Source: Eledone cirrhosa (lineage: Eukaryota). Taken from it: 64,000 bases of DNA. The position numbers and the translations under genes are program-made. The stretch covers positions 19,468,001 to 19,532,000 of the forward strand of contig OZ024743.1 in assembly GCA_964016885.1 (NCBI GenBank), read 5' to 3'. The notes under the pieces were generated by a model. The model worked only from the letters and a program-made list of their open reading frames with translations. It was not told the DNA's origin and did no database searches. Shown here one piece after another: positions 29,251 through 43,234 of the stretch (the first letter of the stretch is position 1; the number at the start of each line of letters is the position of its first letter).

Positions 29251-31650
29251 GTGTGTGTATATATATATATGTATGTGTGTGTGTGAGTGCGTGCGTGTGT
29301 GTATGTGTCTGTATAAGTGTGTACATGTATGTGATATGTGTTCCTATTTCCTTAAGGAAAATATATCACTCTATGTATGATATATGGGTTTTAAATAAGA
29401 TATATATATATTATTATTGGTGAAAATATTGAATACCTATCTGAATATATTTATATTATTTCATAGTATAGTACGATGTAAGCAAGAGGCTTACATAATG
29501 GATTGAAACTATTCACCGTCCAAATCTGAGAAATGGTATTATTTTTAGTTGCTATTTTATTTCGTTTTTTCTCGATATGATTCGATCTGAAAAAAAAACA
29601 TTATTCGGATATATAAGCTGAGTAAAAGTAGATGCATTTTTTTTTTCAGATATAGTCAGTCGTGTGTAAGTATAACAATATAAATTTCTTCACAGATATT
29701 ATAATGACACATCATTACAATAAATAACAACAATCGATATTTAATTTCCACTTCACTTGTAAAGTTAAAACATATAAGAGAGAAATATCTCGCTACACCA
29801 AAGCGTTGAATATTTGGATATACGAAGCTGGTAGATAGTTTTCTGAAAAGATAAGTAGTGTATGATCTGAGATTGGTTTCTTTCTTTCACTTGGTTTACT
29901 ATCAGCTTTAATAATATAATCGAAGCACAATGTCCTACTTTGAGACCTCAAAAGTGAAATGATAGCGAGTAGATTTGAATGCGATTAATAGAACCATATA
30001 TTTTGACAGCTTGAAAGATGCAGACTGGAAAGAGTTTTCATCACAGTGAATATAGTTGACGTAAACTAAGTATTTGCAAAATTCTGAATGAACAGAGAAG
30101 AATTCAAACAAAAAAAATCAATAAAGTGGAATTTCTTTTTCTCTGCAACGATAAGCATATGAATCTTGAAGCAGAGAAAGTAAAGATTGGTGAATATTTC
30201 TAATGAATATAGCTTGCTGTCACAATTCAGGCTTACAAAATGAATGGGGAGTGAAATACAAATACAGAACGACCTTTTGTGATTATGGAAAAAAACGTTT
30301 GGTTCTTCTTCCAAAAATATTTGCATGCTTGGTTTTTTTTTTATATTTCCTTTAAAAAAGGATATCGTCATCAATGATTATGTATTTTTCGAGCATTGTA
30401 TTTATACAAAACCAGCATTATTTAATCGATATGTGACAGTAAGGAAAGTAATGATATTCAACGATATTCAAAATATTAAGTAAAGTAGACTATTTAAGTA
30501 AAAATCAATACATTAGACATTGGCATTTGTCATCAAAAAAATACACTGATATTATTATGAAATGTTTTTATTTTCGCTATTGCACAACTTGAAACGTTTG
30601 TATAATAATGCAACTGACATTATTCAAAGGAAATATGCTTTAAGCAATTCTTCGTGAAAGTACGTTGAACAATGTCTGCATGCATGTATCTTAACCCTTT
30701 TAAGTCTATTAACTTCAAATTATGTCAGGCTTGTATTCACGTTAACAATGTTTTTATTTGGTTGTTTTTTTACCAAAAAGTCCAGGATTTTCAAATAGAC
30801 ATAAAAAATGAAAATAAAAATGTTAAGCCAATGTCTAGTTTCATAATACAATTTTCAAACGCATTATCGATTTTCTTTTATAACTGTAACAGCAACTTTG
30901 CTATATATTTGGATAAATCATCACCAAAGTAAATTTTCAGGAAATATGTAACATTGTACTGAATAGAAATTCAGTATTTAGTACTTAGTTTCCTTTATAT
31001 GTTCGATACAGGCTCAATTGAATGTGTTGTTTATCTAACCGTCAGGGGAAGTGAGTAAGAGATAGAAGCCAAAATAAATTATCAATTTTCAAATAGCATC
31101 ATTTGAGAACCATTTTAAAGTCAGTCAGTTCATTGAAACTAAAGTTTAATACTGGAAAATTTGCATATTTTCAATATTCATTGTCTAACTGTAGACACAT
31201 ATTGTCTCATTTGACGAACTCAAAATCTAACTGGCTATATATACATGTATAAGAGCAGAAATGATATGAAGTTTATAATGTCATGTAGGACAGGAAAGAG
31301 ACGAAATGAGAACGTGCAAATAATCAGCTAAGGATTAATACAACGCATCATGAAATCAGCAGAGCGTTGATGAAATGCCTTGCGTTAATTAGTTACAACC
31401 CTTTACATTGTGTACTCAAGTAATACTATTTGGCATTGTCTTTCATCAAGTGAAGTGGAGAAAATTATTACCAGTCGAGTAATTAGATCGATATAGTCGA
31501 ATATACTATCATATTTATAACGTTCAGCGTATGCTAGACAATTTTATTATTTTCTTTTAACACCTTGGAATTCACCTTACATTCTTCTCGAAGTTGACAA
31601 AATCAGTCAGAATCAAATACTAAACCGTTGCGATTATTGATATTATTATC

Positions 31651-32650
31651 AGGTTAGCTTCGCCTTTCGTCCTTCCTCGGTCGATAAAATAAAGTACCAG
31701 TAATCAACTAGACCGATTTAATCGCCCTTTCCTTTCCCCAAAATTGTTGGCTTTCTGCTTAAATCAGAAATCATTATCATCATTTGGATTGGCGGTATCG
31801 GTAGAACGTCGGACACCATGCGTCACGGTATAGAGTTACAGCCCTTTACGTTCTGAGTCCAAATTCCGCCGAGGTTAACTTTGTCTTTCATCCTTACGGG
31901 GTCGATACAATAAAGCACCAATAATGAACTGGGGTCGATTTAATTGGCTTTCCCCTTCCCTTCAAAGTACTGGTCTTGTGATAAAGTAGAAACAATTATT
32001 ATTAGTAGTAGTAACGTGTGGCGGAATGGCAGTGTCTGTAGAGCGTCGGACAACAGGCTTTGCAGCATAGTTACAGTTCTTTAAGTTCTGAATTCAAATT
32101 ACGCCGAGGTTAACTTTGCCTTCCATCCTTACAGGGTCGATAAAATACAGTACCAGTCACTCACTGGGGTCGATTTAATCGACGTTCCTCTCCCCAAAAT
32201 TGCAGGTCTTGTGCCTATATAATAAACCATTATTGCAATTTCGGTAGAGCGTCAGACACTATGCTTTACAGCATAGTTATGGCCCTTTATGTTCTGTGTT
32301 CAAATCCTGCCGAGGTTAACGTTGCCTTTCATCTTTACGGAGTCGATAAAATAAAGTACCAGTAATATACTGGGATAATTGCTGGCCTTGTGCCAAAAGT
32401 AGAAACAATTATTATTAGTAGTATTAGGGAGGTGGATTGGCAGTATCGGTAGAGGGTCGGACACCATGTTCTGCAGCATAGAGTTACGGTTCTTTATGAT
32501 CTGAGTTCAAATCCCGCCGAGTTTAACTTTCCCTTTCATCTTTACGGGGTCGATAAAATAAAGTACCACTGGGGTCGAATTAATCAACTTTCCCCTCCCC
32601 CAAAATTGCTGGCCTTGTGCCTCTATAAGAAACCATTATTATTAGTAGTA
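31651..32650 (+). mobile_element. Head-to-tail array of ~5 tRNA-derived SINEs
   Basis: Repeated A box TGGCAGTATCGG, B box GAGTTCAAATCC, central core and (ATT)n(AGT)n tails; core resembles Nin/Deu-type SINE domain (from memory). Confidence 0.88.
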
Positions 32651-32827
32651 TTTGTCGTTGAAGCGAATGTACGTACTATTGTGAGCTCGTAATTTGTTTT
32701 GTTCAACGGTTTGAAATACGTTTGTCATTAATATTTTTGTTTCATACGGGAAATAAGACTTTAGTCGTTGCCCCCAAGAAAAAAACACCCCATAATATTT
32801 GGACCTTTTGGCCCAAATATTTAAATT

Positions 32828-34808
32828 GTGTATGACAGCGAGTCAAACTTTGAGATTAATAACGCTGCCCCTCCCGCAACAATTCTAAAATGTAACAGCA
32901 CATCAAGCAATATCGCCAACACAGCACCAACAACAACGACAGCAAAACCAACAACAACTGCAATAATGACACCAACACCAACAACAGAAAGAACGACAAC
33001 AAAGACAACAATATCAATAACAGTGACAACAACAACAACAATAACAATAGCAGCAGCAACAATATCAACGAAAACATCAAAGAAATTAACACCACTAACC
33101 AGAAGATAAATAGCGACATCACCAACAGCAACAATACCAACTGCACCGAAAAACAACGTCGGCACCAAAGGCAACAATGATAACAGCAACAGTGATAACA
33201 GCAACAACACCAACAAAAACAACAACGACAACAACAACAACACCACCAACGACAAGAGGAAGAACAGGTTCGCTGCGGCAGCATCAAAAAAGAGGCCAGC
33301 TTCAGCATTGACCTCTCCAACAAAAATAAAAAGTTGGTGCAGACCTGGAAGCTCTTCAAGCAAGAGCAAACCTGGGCCAACTTAATTGTCCCGGTAGAAG
33401 CTACTGAAGCAGTGGAGCGCAAAACGGTGCTTTGCAGATGCATCTCAGCGGAAACCAAGAGGGCAGCTTTAATTCCACAAGCAGAAGTCTGAGGTGCATC
33501 AGGGATGACACCGAATACATAGCGAGGGGCAGACAATACGGCACCATTTTGGTGCTGTTTAAGTCAGAAACCCTCGCTATGAAACATGCTATGACACCTT
33601 GCAAAACCTGCAAGGTCATAATGTGCCCCTCCCACATGGGAAAAAGAACGGCCCGTCTCCGCATTCCCAGAATCCCACCAGGACTTGACATGTGGTGGCT
33701 TCTGTGATGTATGATTGTGGAGGTGACGGATACCGTCCCGATAGAAGTAACAAGAACTGCCAGAGAGGACTGGTCCGAGGTTGACCTGGAAATACTACTC
33801 CAGATCAGACCAGAGAATGTCAAAACAATCCCGGACCACATCCGACTACAGAACGGGACAGTAATAGACATCATGACTGGGGTGAAAAGGCTGCATTGCT
33901 TCGTTTGTGGGGAAAAAACTCATTTGCGAGCATTCTGCCCTCAACTGCTGAAAGATGCAAAGGGTCGAAGGGCTCTACTGCTGCCGACGCGGGGACGAGT
34001 GCCACAACCAACATAAGCACCGACAAAACCACCAGCAACAACTCCAATAGAAAGACAACACTAACATTAACCACCCAGGGTGTAAACGAGGAAAGTTGTC
34101 AAATTCTCCCTTCCCCCCAAAATACACACATCAATAAAAACATAAACACACAGACACACTTACAGACATAGACCCCTCATCTACCAGTGGTGAAGATGAG
34201 GGAAAACCAATATCCACCAAAATACAAAAAAAAAGGAAACACAAAAAGAAACAAAAAAACTCAACAAAGCACAAAAACACCCACAATAAAAAATGCAGCA
34301 CCACCCACGAAAACATCTCCCCAACAACACCGACATCAGCACCACCATCACCATCACCAGAATCTCCCAAACGCAAACAACATAAACACACGCAAGAACA
34401 AATACACACACAAACATCTGAAACCACAGACACCGCACTCACAACAAACACAGACACAACCGAATGAACACCATCAAAACCATCACCACCACAGCCACGC
34501 AAACAAATAAAAACATACAAAACTTCGTGCTCGTCAGGACGGCCAACAAGGAACTGATGGCCCTCGTAGCACGAAGTGAAGAAATACAAAAAGAGGGGGA
34601 AGTTTTTAAATCTAGCACATTTCGCGTGCCGCAAGATTTGCTAACTGGTGCGAATGTCGCTCGATTTATACAAAGAGAAACGAGACAGCTTTCCTTGGGA
34701 CGTGGGAACCCTGAACATAAAACACACTTCAAGACTTTTAAAGGGGTTCCCAAACGAAACTCCACCAACTATGGAGGTCGAACCACCCGGCCTTCGCAAG
34801 AGCTATGA
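32828..34808 (+). pseudogene. LINE ORF1 (gag-like zinc knuckle), disrupted
   Basis: CFVCGEKTHLRAFCP knuckle in 33711-34016; low-complexity N/T-rich flanks; several frameshifts. Confidence 0.7.
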
Positions 34809-34847
34809 TGGTAAGTAAACTTTTCCTCTCTCTTTTAGCCTGACAAC

Positions 34848-37347
34848 ATGGCCGTATTAAGAGTAGGAAGTTTAAATGTTCGAGGCCTGGGATCGTCCTG
34901 GAATCAGGGTAACCTGCTCAACGACCTCAATATGTAATTGCCGTCAGCGAGACCAGGATTTCCGACACGCGCGCACTAGCCCCCATTTTCGACGACTATC
35001 AGATCTTCGCATCCGTTAGTCGGCTGGAAATGGGAGGTGGCGTGGCAATGCTGTTTAGGAAAGGCCTGGATCTCGAGGTAAGGTCGATTTCCCGGGACCC
35101 GGACGGTAAGTTGCTAGTCCTGGACGTGAACAATAACGAAGGTGATGCCTTTAGGCTGGTGGCCGTCTACGCCCCTACTGGGGCAGGACGGCCGGACTTT
35201 TTTAGACGCCTAGAAGCCTTTCTGGGTACGTCTCGCCTTTTACTGTTAGCGGGAGACAGGAACGGCATCTTAGACGCACGCTGGGACTGTGTGGGAGTAT
35301 CCGATAGGAGAGAGGGGGAGGTGCAAAAGCCTCAAGTACTTGATGAGCTGCATGAGGCGCAAGTCACCCAGTTTGGATGGCTTGCCCTACGAGCTTTACG
35401 TAAATATGCCAGACTTGTTCTTCGATCTCCTCGAAGCGATTTACTGTAACTGGCAGCAGAGCGAGAGTATTCTCAGTTCTGTGAGCCGATGCGTAGTGAC
35501 GCCTATAAGGAAAGACGAGAACACATTAGACAATTTCAGGCCCATAACTCTGCTTAACACAGAGTTTAAGATTTTTGCCAAGGTATTAGCGAAGAGTTTG
35601 GCGCTTGCCGTCGAGGATTTGGTGTGGGAGGCGCAAATTTGCGTAATCCCAACCAGGTCCATACACGACAACCTCCACAGATGGTAGGGTGTAAACCTGG
35701 CTTCGGGGTGGCTCTGATCAATTTAGATCAATCAAAAGTATTCGATAGGGTCGACCATCGGTACCTGGAGATGGCCTCAAGGCGGCTGGCTTCGGCCCCA
35801 TCTTCAGAAGCTGGATCGCTGCAATGCACTGCGGTATATGCTCAGTGGTCAAAGTTAATGGCCACCTCTCGGAACCGTTTCAGATCTCCCGATCGGTCCT
35901 TCAAGGGGGCCCTCTCTCCACCCTATTGTACTTATTGACTCTGGAACCGGGCGCGGAAAGGCTGTGCCGTCTTATGCGGACGACATCACCGTGATGGTGT
36001 CGCACACCTCAGAAATCGAGGTGGTCGGCAACTTATTAGAAGAATATGAAAGGTTGACGGTAGCAAAACTTAACCCGGAAAAGTCGGTGGGCTTGCAACT
36101 CGGCACCTGGAGAGGCAAGTCCATGCCGTCCAACAGCGTCGTTAGGCGCTGGACAGACGGACCAGTAAAGTTGCTCGGGGTTTGGTTTGGGCCAGACCTC
36201 CAGGTGGATAAGAATTGGGACGAGGTCACGGGCAAGGTAGCCAGTCTCACCCAGAAATGGGCTGGGAGAAAGCTATCACTGAAAAGTCGGGCGAAGGTGG
36301 CGAACGCGTACATCGCGTCCGTTTTCTACTACCGTCTGACCGTAGTCCCTTGCCCCCGTTCGGGCCTCGCCATCTTGGAGCGGCTCCTCTTCAAATTCAT
36401 GTGCGGGGGTCAGGTTCCGCTGGTGAGGCGGTCCACTTGCTGCCAGCACCCTCTACGTGGAGGGCTGCGCATGCCGTGGTTAATGATGCGCAGACACGCG
36501 CTGAGGCTGCGGCATCTCCAGATATTCTGCCTAAACGGTGAACAGGTATGGTCGCCGTTTGTCAGACGGGCCTTTCCGCAGCTCGTCTCTTTGACTGAGC
36601 TGCAGTTCTGTGTCAAGAAGAGACCGAGATTGGGTGACTGGCATCTGGAATGTTGCCAGGAACTCACTGTCCTCTACCAAGCGGGCAATGCGGTCAGTGC
36701 AGTGGAACTTCCACTCTCGAGTTCTATAGAGGATTAGTGGTGGGAAATTGCGACGACGCACTCGGAGAGGCTCTGGGAGTCGACGAAGTCAAACTAACCA
36801 GTCTGTTCCGGAGGACTTTCGAGCCGGGGACGATGGATAATTTCCAAATATCCCTCGCTTGGCAATGCTACCGGGGGTCACTGCCGGTTCGAGATAAATT
36901 CTACAGGTACAGAAGTGCTGTCAGACGGACCTGTCCGAGATGCACGCAGAGCGACGAAACCATTCTGCCCGCACTCGTCCAGTGTCCGTGCATTGCTGAC
37001 TCGTGGAGTTATGTCGAACAGCTTTTGTCGCGTGTAGAATGGATCCGGCTATCGCCCGAGTCCATAGAGAAGATCGACGTCCGCCTTCTTTTGGCCAGGA
37101 AGGGCAGGACATTTTCCTCTGTCTGGTGGCAGTAGCGAAAGAGGTTGTATGGTGGACGAGGTTGAAAGGACTGAAAACAGATACTTTTCTCTTCGGCCAA
37201 TCCCTCATCAACTTTTCCAAGTTTCACTTGGAAAGGAAGGTGAGGGTGGAGAGAGAAGTGCTGCCCCCTAGTACATTTGCTGAAAGGTGGGTGAATGTGG
37301 CGATAATGGCCCGTGTTAGTGGGCCTACTCTGGTCATGCGCCTGTAG
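34848..37347 (+). pseudogene. LINE ORF2 (APE endonuclease-RT-Cys domain), frameshifted with large EN-RT deletion near 35330
   Basis: MAVLRVGSLNVRGL, SETR, AVYAP, LAGD, KSP.LDG, NFRPITLLNTEFKI, LDQSKVFDRVDH, SYADD, CPRC...ETI. Confidence 0.88.
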
Positions 37348-37599
37348 GTGGGTAAATTTGAGGAGGTGAGGGGTACCCTTCTAGGGTGCTCTCGAAGCGT
37401 CGGGTCGTTCAGGATCGGTGGGGTACCTGAGCGAATCCTGGGTGGTCATCCCCCCCTATTGGGGAATGTTTTCTTGTAATTTTCTCGTTACTTTGTTATT
37501 GTTATTCATATTATTTACTCGATTTTTCTGTAAAACGCCACTGTCCCAGTCTTTTGTATTGTCCCCTATATGTCGGCCCTTGTGGCCAATAAAGTAAAT

Positions 37600-37614
37600 C
37601 ATTATTATTATTAT

Positions 37615-37674
<60 letters not shown>
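37600..37674. repeat. (ATT)n(AGT)n microsatellite
   Basis: Direct reading. Confidence 0.95.
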
Positions 37675-37675
<1 letters not shown>

Positions 37676-39058
37676 TGTCTTATTTCAATAGCGTGAATGT
37701 GTTACCGAGCTCCGTGCGCCTTGGACATGTGTAGTGTTTTATTATTTTTTTTCTATTGTGTATAGAATGCACTTCGCCATATATGTGTAGTGTAATATGT
37801 TCTATATGTTTGCAAATCTATGAATTTATCTGTGTATTTTTATTACTCCGGTGGACCCTTATTGTTAGAGGGATTAATTCAATTTTCATCAACCACATTC
37901 GGGTTATTTTTATCTGCCAATCTTTACATCTGGGTAATTTCTTTATTTCCTTGTTAAGTATACTGAGATTTGTGCGAATTGATACGTTAATTAAAATAAA
38001 TTGTTTAGTTGTTTTCTTTGCTTCTAACATCAGATCGTGTGGTTTTGATGAACCTATCTGTGTGTATTGACTTATCCCAGAGTATAGTTGCTTTGTTATC
38101 CTCTCATACCTTGTTCTCATGTATGTATTATCACCTTTTTCCTGCTGGAATTTCGTAGTCTAGGCATAATTCGGTGTACGTAAATCGTGACCCCATCATA
38201 TGTGTGAATATATTCTTTTTTAGCTGTGGGCAGACAGCCATCATGTGGTTAAATGTATCTTTCTCACCACTACATGTTTTGCAGTTTCATACTCAGTTCT
38301 GTTGCATTGTATACAATTTGTGGTTTCTCATGGCGATGATTTGATCGTGTGCAGCAATGAGAAATCCTTCAGTCTTGGCTTTTAGTCCAGCGGTTCTTTG
38401 CCAGTTTTGGGAATTGTGCTTGTCCATCTCCTCAGAAACAGCTTTATAAGATATTGGCCATGTAGTTGTTGTTTGTTTGTATTTTTACTTGCTATCATTT
38501 TAGCATGAGATCTATTTTCAATTTAGATTTTATCTTTTTAAACAATTCCTGTGTTGTTTTTTTTTTTTTTGCTTTTGCTTCCATTTGTCGTATTTGTCGA
38601 TTTAGCCTCCGCTTTGAATTGTGATAGCCTCCTTGAAGATATATATATATTTTTTATTTTCTTCCTGTTTTGTGTCTATTTGTATTACTATTCCAATATA
38701 TTCTTCATTGAGTATTTGTGTACTCTTGTAATTGTTGTGTAATAATAGATTTCTATTTGCATAAGACCCCTACCGTCTTGTATTTGTGGTAGGAATAATA
38801 TTTCTATATCTTCTTTGGGGAGATTTATTGCGTATAGTATGAGAGGTTGGGGATCATCGCGTGATTAGGTACCGTGTTTGGTGGTAGATTCATGCCAGAA
38901 AGCGGGAGTGTCATGGTTTAGTGAATACGAAGTGTAACAAATCATGCCTGTTATATGCAATAGTCAATAGAAGTTGGTATTGCTCTTGTGTAAACCCCCA
39001 CAATCAAAAGAACATGAATTTCGTTTATGTATGGCTGTGTGTATGTGCTTTTCCCTGC
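37675..39058 (-). mobile_element. Degenerate R4/CRE-type LINE (restriction-like endonuclease) 3' part
   Basis: GRGLMQIE, GLKAKTEGFLIAAHDQ, C..E.DT..H....C, KPHDL...LINVSI...KE.KKL...D....I.RMW....IPL match the RLE C-terminal pattern. Confidence 0.75.
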
Positions 39059-39104
39059 TAAGTCCGAATAAGTTCAATGACAATAACAACAACAATAAAC
39101 ATTG

Positions 39105-39570
39105 TCATAATATTAGTTTTATATAGGCACAAGGCCAGTAATTTGGGGAAAGGCGGAAAGTCGATTAAATTGACCCTAGTGCGTGACTGGTACTTTATTT
39201 TATCGACCTTGTAAGGATGAAAGGAAAAGTTAACCTCGCCGAGATTTAAACTCAGATCATAAAGGCCCGTAACTCCCCGCTGCAAAGCATGGCCTCTGAC
39301 GCTCTACCGATACTGCCAATCCACCACCCTAAACATTGTCATAATATTAATCGTTATTTTAACCATTAACAACGCTAAAATCATAATTGTTTCTACTTTT
39401 AGCACAAGGTCAGCAATTACCCCAGTGCATTGCTGGTACTTTAATCTATCGATCCCATAAGGATGAAAGACAAAGTTAACCTCGGCGGGATTTACACTCA
39501 GCGAGTAAAGGGACGTAACTCTATGCTGCACAGCATGGCGTCTGACCCTCTACTGATACTGTCAATCCAC
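39105..39570 (-). mobile_element. Two tandem tRNA-derived SINEs
   Basis: Reverse complement of units at 32241-32650. Confidence 0.88.
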
Positions 39571-40634
39571 TGTATAAAAATAATAATGACAACAACAATA
39601 GCAATAATAAACAAGATATTAATTGAATTAGCAAAGTAAACAACGTTAAGTCTGTCGAGTGTGTGTGTGTGGGGGGGGGGGGGGGTAGAGTATACTCAGA
39701 CATGGTTTGTATTTTTGGATAAATATATCTGATCTATTTTTCCGTGTTTAATTTGTTCATCTTTCGTAACTGTTGACAATCCTGAAACATGTGAAACCGG
39801 TGAAGTTATAAACTATTGTAAATACATCTTTTTAAAGACTTCAATTGCATTTTCAACTTCTTTTTTCTATATAATTACCTTTGTGGGATGTATTAAAAAA
39901 CTTAGCTTCTAATATATATATATGTGTATGTGTGTGTGTGTGTGTTTGTGCGTATATATATAGTAAAAATGTAGCAAAGAATGCGTAAATGAGTAAATGA
40001 ACACACAGACATATATATATATATATTTATATACACACGCGCATATATATATATACATGTGTGTATTGGTGGGGTTGTGTGTGTGGTGGTGGTGGGGTGT
40101 ACCTCTGCGTGTGTGTGCATGTGTTTACATACAGAAGTGTTTATGTGAAGAGATGTGTCTGTGAGCGTGAATCACTATATAGCCCTGTAGAATTTATGGT
40201 TATCGAAAGCAGCTAAAAGTAATCTGTGACTATTATAAATGTATCGATGCAGACTTCTGAAAATGTTTCGAATATGTTGATTTTGTTTACATCAAAGAAA
40301 TTTTAGTATAAAATGTATGCCTCGTTTATGCAGACACTGAGATATAGATAATTAATATTGATCAAGTAAGGAAAGACAATTCCGAGGGCTATCATGCTTT
40401 CATAGAATTTATTCAGAATGTTCATATATCAGATGTTACAATTGGTAAGTGTAATTCATACTTTAAACTTACCGAACAGATGATTTAAGTAACTTTTTCA
40501 AACATATATGCATATATTTGGTACTATGTATTATTGATGTCTAAAACAGTACACATCCTACGTGCGTACACAATTACATATACCACACAAACACACACAC
40601 ACACACATGCGCGCACACTCACGCACCACCACCC

Positions 40635-40687
<53 letters not shown>

Positions 40688-40690
<3 letters not shown>

Positions 40691-42695
40691 AAGGTTATAT
40701 TTAATTTGTTGGGATACAAGAAACTTTAAAATATTTTTATAACTGATATAAACCACTCAACAGGTTATTGGAGTAAATATACAATATATTAACAAATGGA
40801 AACTATATTTATAAAACCATATTTATTTTATTATACATATTTCAAGGGCCACCAAGGCAAATTATGGTGCGCTTTCATCAGATAAAATACAATACAGATT
40901 AGTTTTATAAATAAATATTGACATACCCTGAAAAAAAGACAACCTTAACGGTTGGGGCTTCCTGGATAGTGGAGATATTAGATTTATTGAAGGTAATATA
41001 AGGTTATGATTGAGTCTGCACATGAGTGTCCGAAAGGTTTAAATAACGGTATATTTAAATAAAACCGTTGAAAGAGAGTGATATTGTGATGGAGAGAGAA
41101 AAAAGAAAGAGAAAAAGAACTGTTTATATATATTTTGCCAGTGGAAAGAGTATAGCGTGATTATATTTAAGTGAGAGAAAATATTAGTTATAAGGACAAA
41201 TATAGCGTGTGTTTACGTGAGAGCAAAGAAGAAGAAGCGAAGAAACGAATATAGCATGGATGAATAATACAGCAGGATTCATTATGTTTTGACTACACTA
41301 TTTATAATGATAGGTTGAACATTTTTTTTATTAAAGGTTTAATTAATAAATTTGATTAAATGTTTAATTAATAATTTAATAATTAGTTTAAATGTGTATG
41401 TTAGATTATTAAAAAATTAAAAAATTAAAAAATATTAAAAACTATTATATATTATTAAAAAAATATATTAAAAAATATATTTAAAAATATATTAAAAAAT
41501 ATATTAAAAAATACACATATTATAAAATATATATATTATTAATTATTAAAAAAATTGTAAGTTAAAAATTTAAAATATCCAAATAATTCTAAATTTATGG
41601 AAATTCCGAGTGTTTACAGAAGAATAACCCCTTATTTGTATTATAATAGCAGTAAAGCGTAAAGGAAGTTATTAGTGATTTATTAATAACTCAGATGACT
41701 CAGGATTAAATGCTATAAGGTTAAGAAGTTAAAAAGTTAAATTTTCTATCATAAGAATGTAATTAGAACATGAACCTTATGTTATTTTATCCGAAGTCAT
41801 AAATTTATAAATTCATAAATTTACTTGTTATAAAGTCATAACATTTAAAAATTATAACATTTAAAAACATTTTTCAGAAGAATATATTTAAAGCATAAAG
41901 CATAAAAAACTTTCGTAATAATATATTTACAAAATATATTTAAATCTAAATTCTAGGTTATCCCACAGATACATAAAAAAAAACTGTTTATCGCATATAT
42001 ATAAACATTTGGATATATATATATATTAAACATTTGGTATATATATATTTTATATTAAACCTTTGAAAAATATAAGAATATAAAAATATAAAATATAAAA
42101 TATAATTTTTCTATACCCTTCAAAGGAATTTTCAAAAAATTTTCTTAAACCCTTCAGTAAGTTTATCAAGAAAAAATGTTATCAAGAAAAAATTTTCTTT
42201 AAAGGAGTTCCAAGCAGTTGTATAAAGGAATTTAATGATTTATTGATAGGTGTAATAATAATATATGCGAAGTAGAGATAATGGAAAATAAGTTATAGAG
42301 GACATTATGTTAAAGAGATAAGTTATATATTACATTTTATATATATATTAAAAAGTTGAATTTAACCGATGTTTGCAATAACTGAATAAATTATTCCTTA
42401 AATTAACAGAGTTCTTACTTTTTAATATAAAGAATATTCCTTCTATACAAAGAGCGGAATTTTCGGATAAAGTATTTATGAAGGAGCTTTGGAGATAATA
42501 TTCTAAAGTAAAGAATAGTTAATGTTCTTTGATTTTAGGTCCCATAGTAAATTAGATAGAGAAGTTGAAGATTATTTACTAATATTCGTAAAAGAGCATT
42601 TGTGGTTATTAAAACGGGACTTAAAATCTGTGGAGCTAGAGCCTATATAATTAAAAGAGTTTACATTAGTTTTTACATTACAATTGTATACTATT
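40688..42695 (-). mobile_element. 5'-truncated, degenerate Naiad-type PLE related to 11554-16148; HHR at 40824-40889
   Basis: [32 protein letters not shown]...YCKHRLNSTF* with stops; TATTTTAT-CTGATGA...GAAA-T-ATGT-A-TA-ATAAAATA; homologous 3' tail. Confidence 0.85.
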
Positions 42696-42696
42696 A

Positions 42697-42839
<143 letters not shown>

Positions 42840-43189
42840 CTCTCTCTGTATATATATATATATATATATATATTTCTATATATATATATATATATATGTA
42901 TCTTTCTACATATATATATATCTTTCTCTCTCTCTCTTTCTACATATATATATATCTTTCTCTCTCTCTCTTTCTATATATATATATATATTTCGTTTCT
43001 AAATTTGTTTAGCAAGATTCTTTATCTGAAATTGTGTGTTGAAACCGATATTGTTATACTTTGGGTGGGTCATGTTGCCAATAAGAAACACACGCACCAG
43101 TTGCTTTCACTTCAATTTATTATATATTTATAAATTTATAAATTTCTGGTTGGTTGGTTGGTTCCACAACCAGATAGTTGTTTATATAT

Positions 43190-43234
43190 AGTGATAGTTC
43201 TTTCGTCACACACTCTGTGACCTCTTCAGTGACT
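43190..43234 (-). ncRNA. Minimal type I hammerhead ribozyme (one stem I mismatch)
   Basis: Inverted copy of 44556-44600. Confidence 0.7.

Larger units (their letters stand above)
32651..37600 (+). mobile_element. Near full-length, inactivated Tx1/L1-like LINE
   Basis: ORF1 with CCHC knuckle, ORF2 with APE and RT, AATAAA at 37588; flanked by repeated CATTATT..AGTAGTA. Confidence 0.9.

Noticed and set aside
31651-32650. CRISPR array or tRNA gene cluster
   Set aside because: Eukaryotic context; units are ~200-nt diverged SINEs without unique spacers, and the A/B boxes do not form a cloverleaf
32821-33536. Hydrophobic or Cys-rich minus-strand ORFs (182 and 226 aa)
   Set aside because: Antisense of the (ACA)n-rich LINE ORF1 region
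39760-39812. HHR-like GTAACTGTTGAC...GAAACCGGTGAAGTTAT
   Set aside because: Core and cleavage triplet both degenerate with no second copy; cannot support
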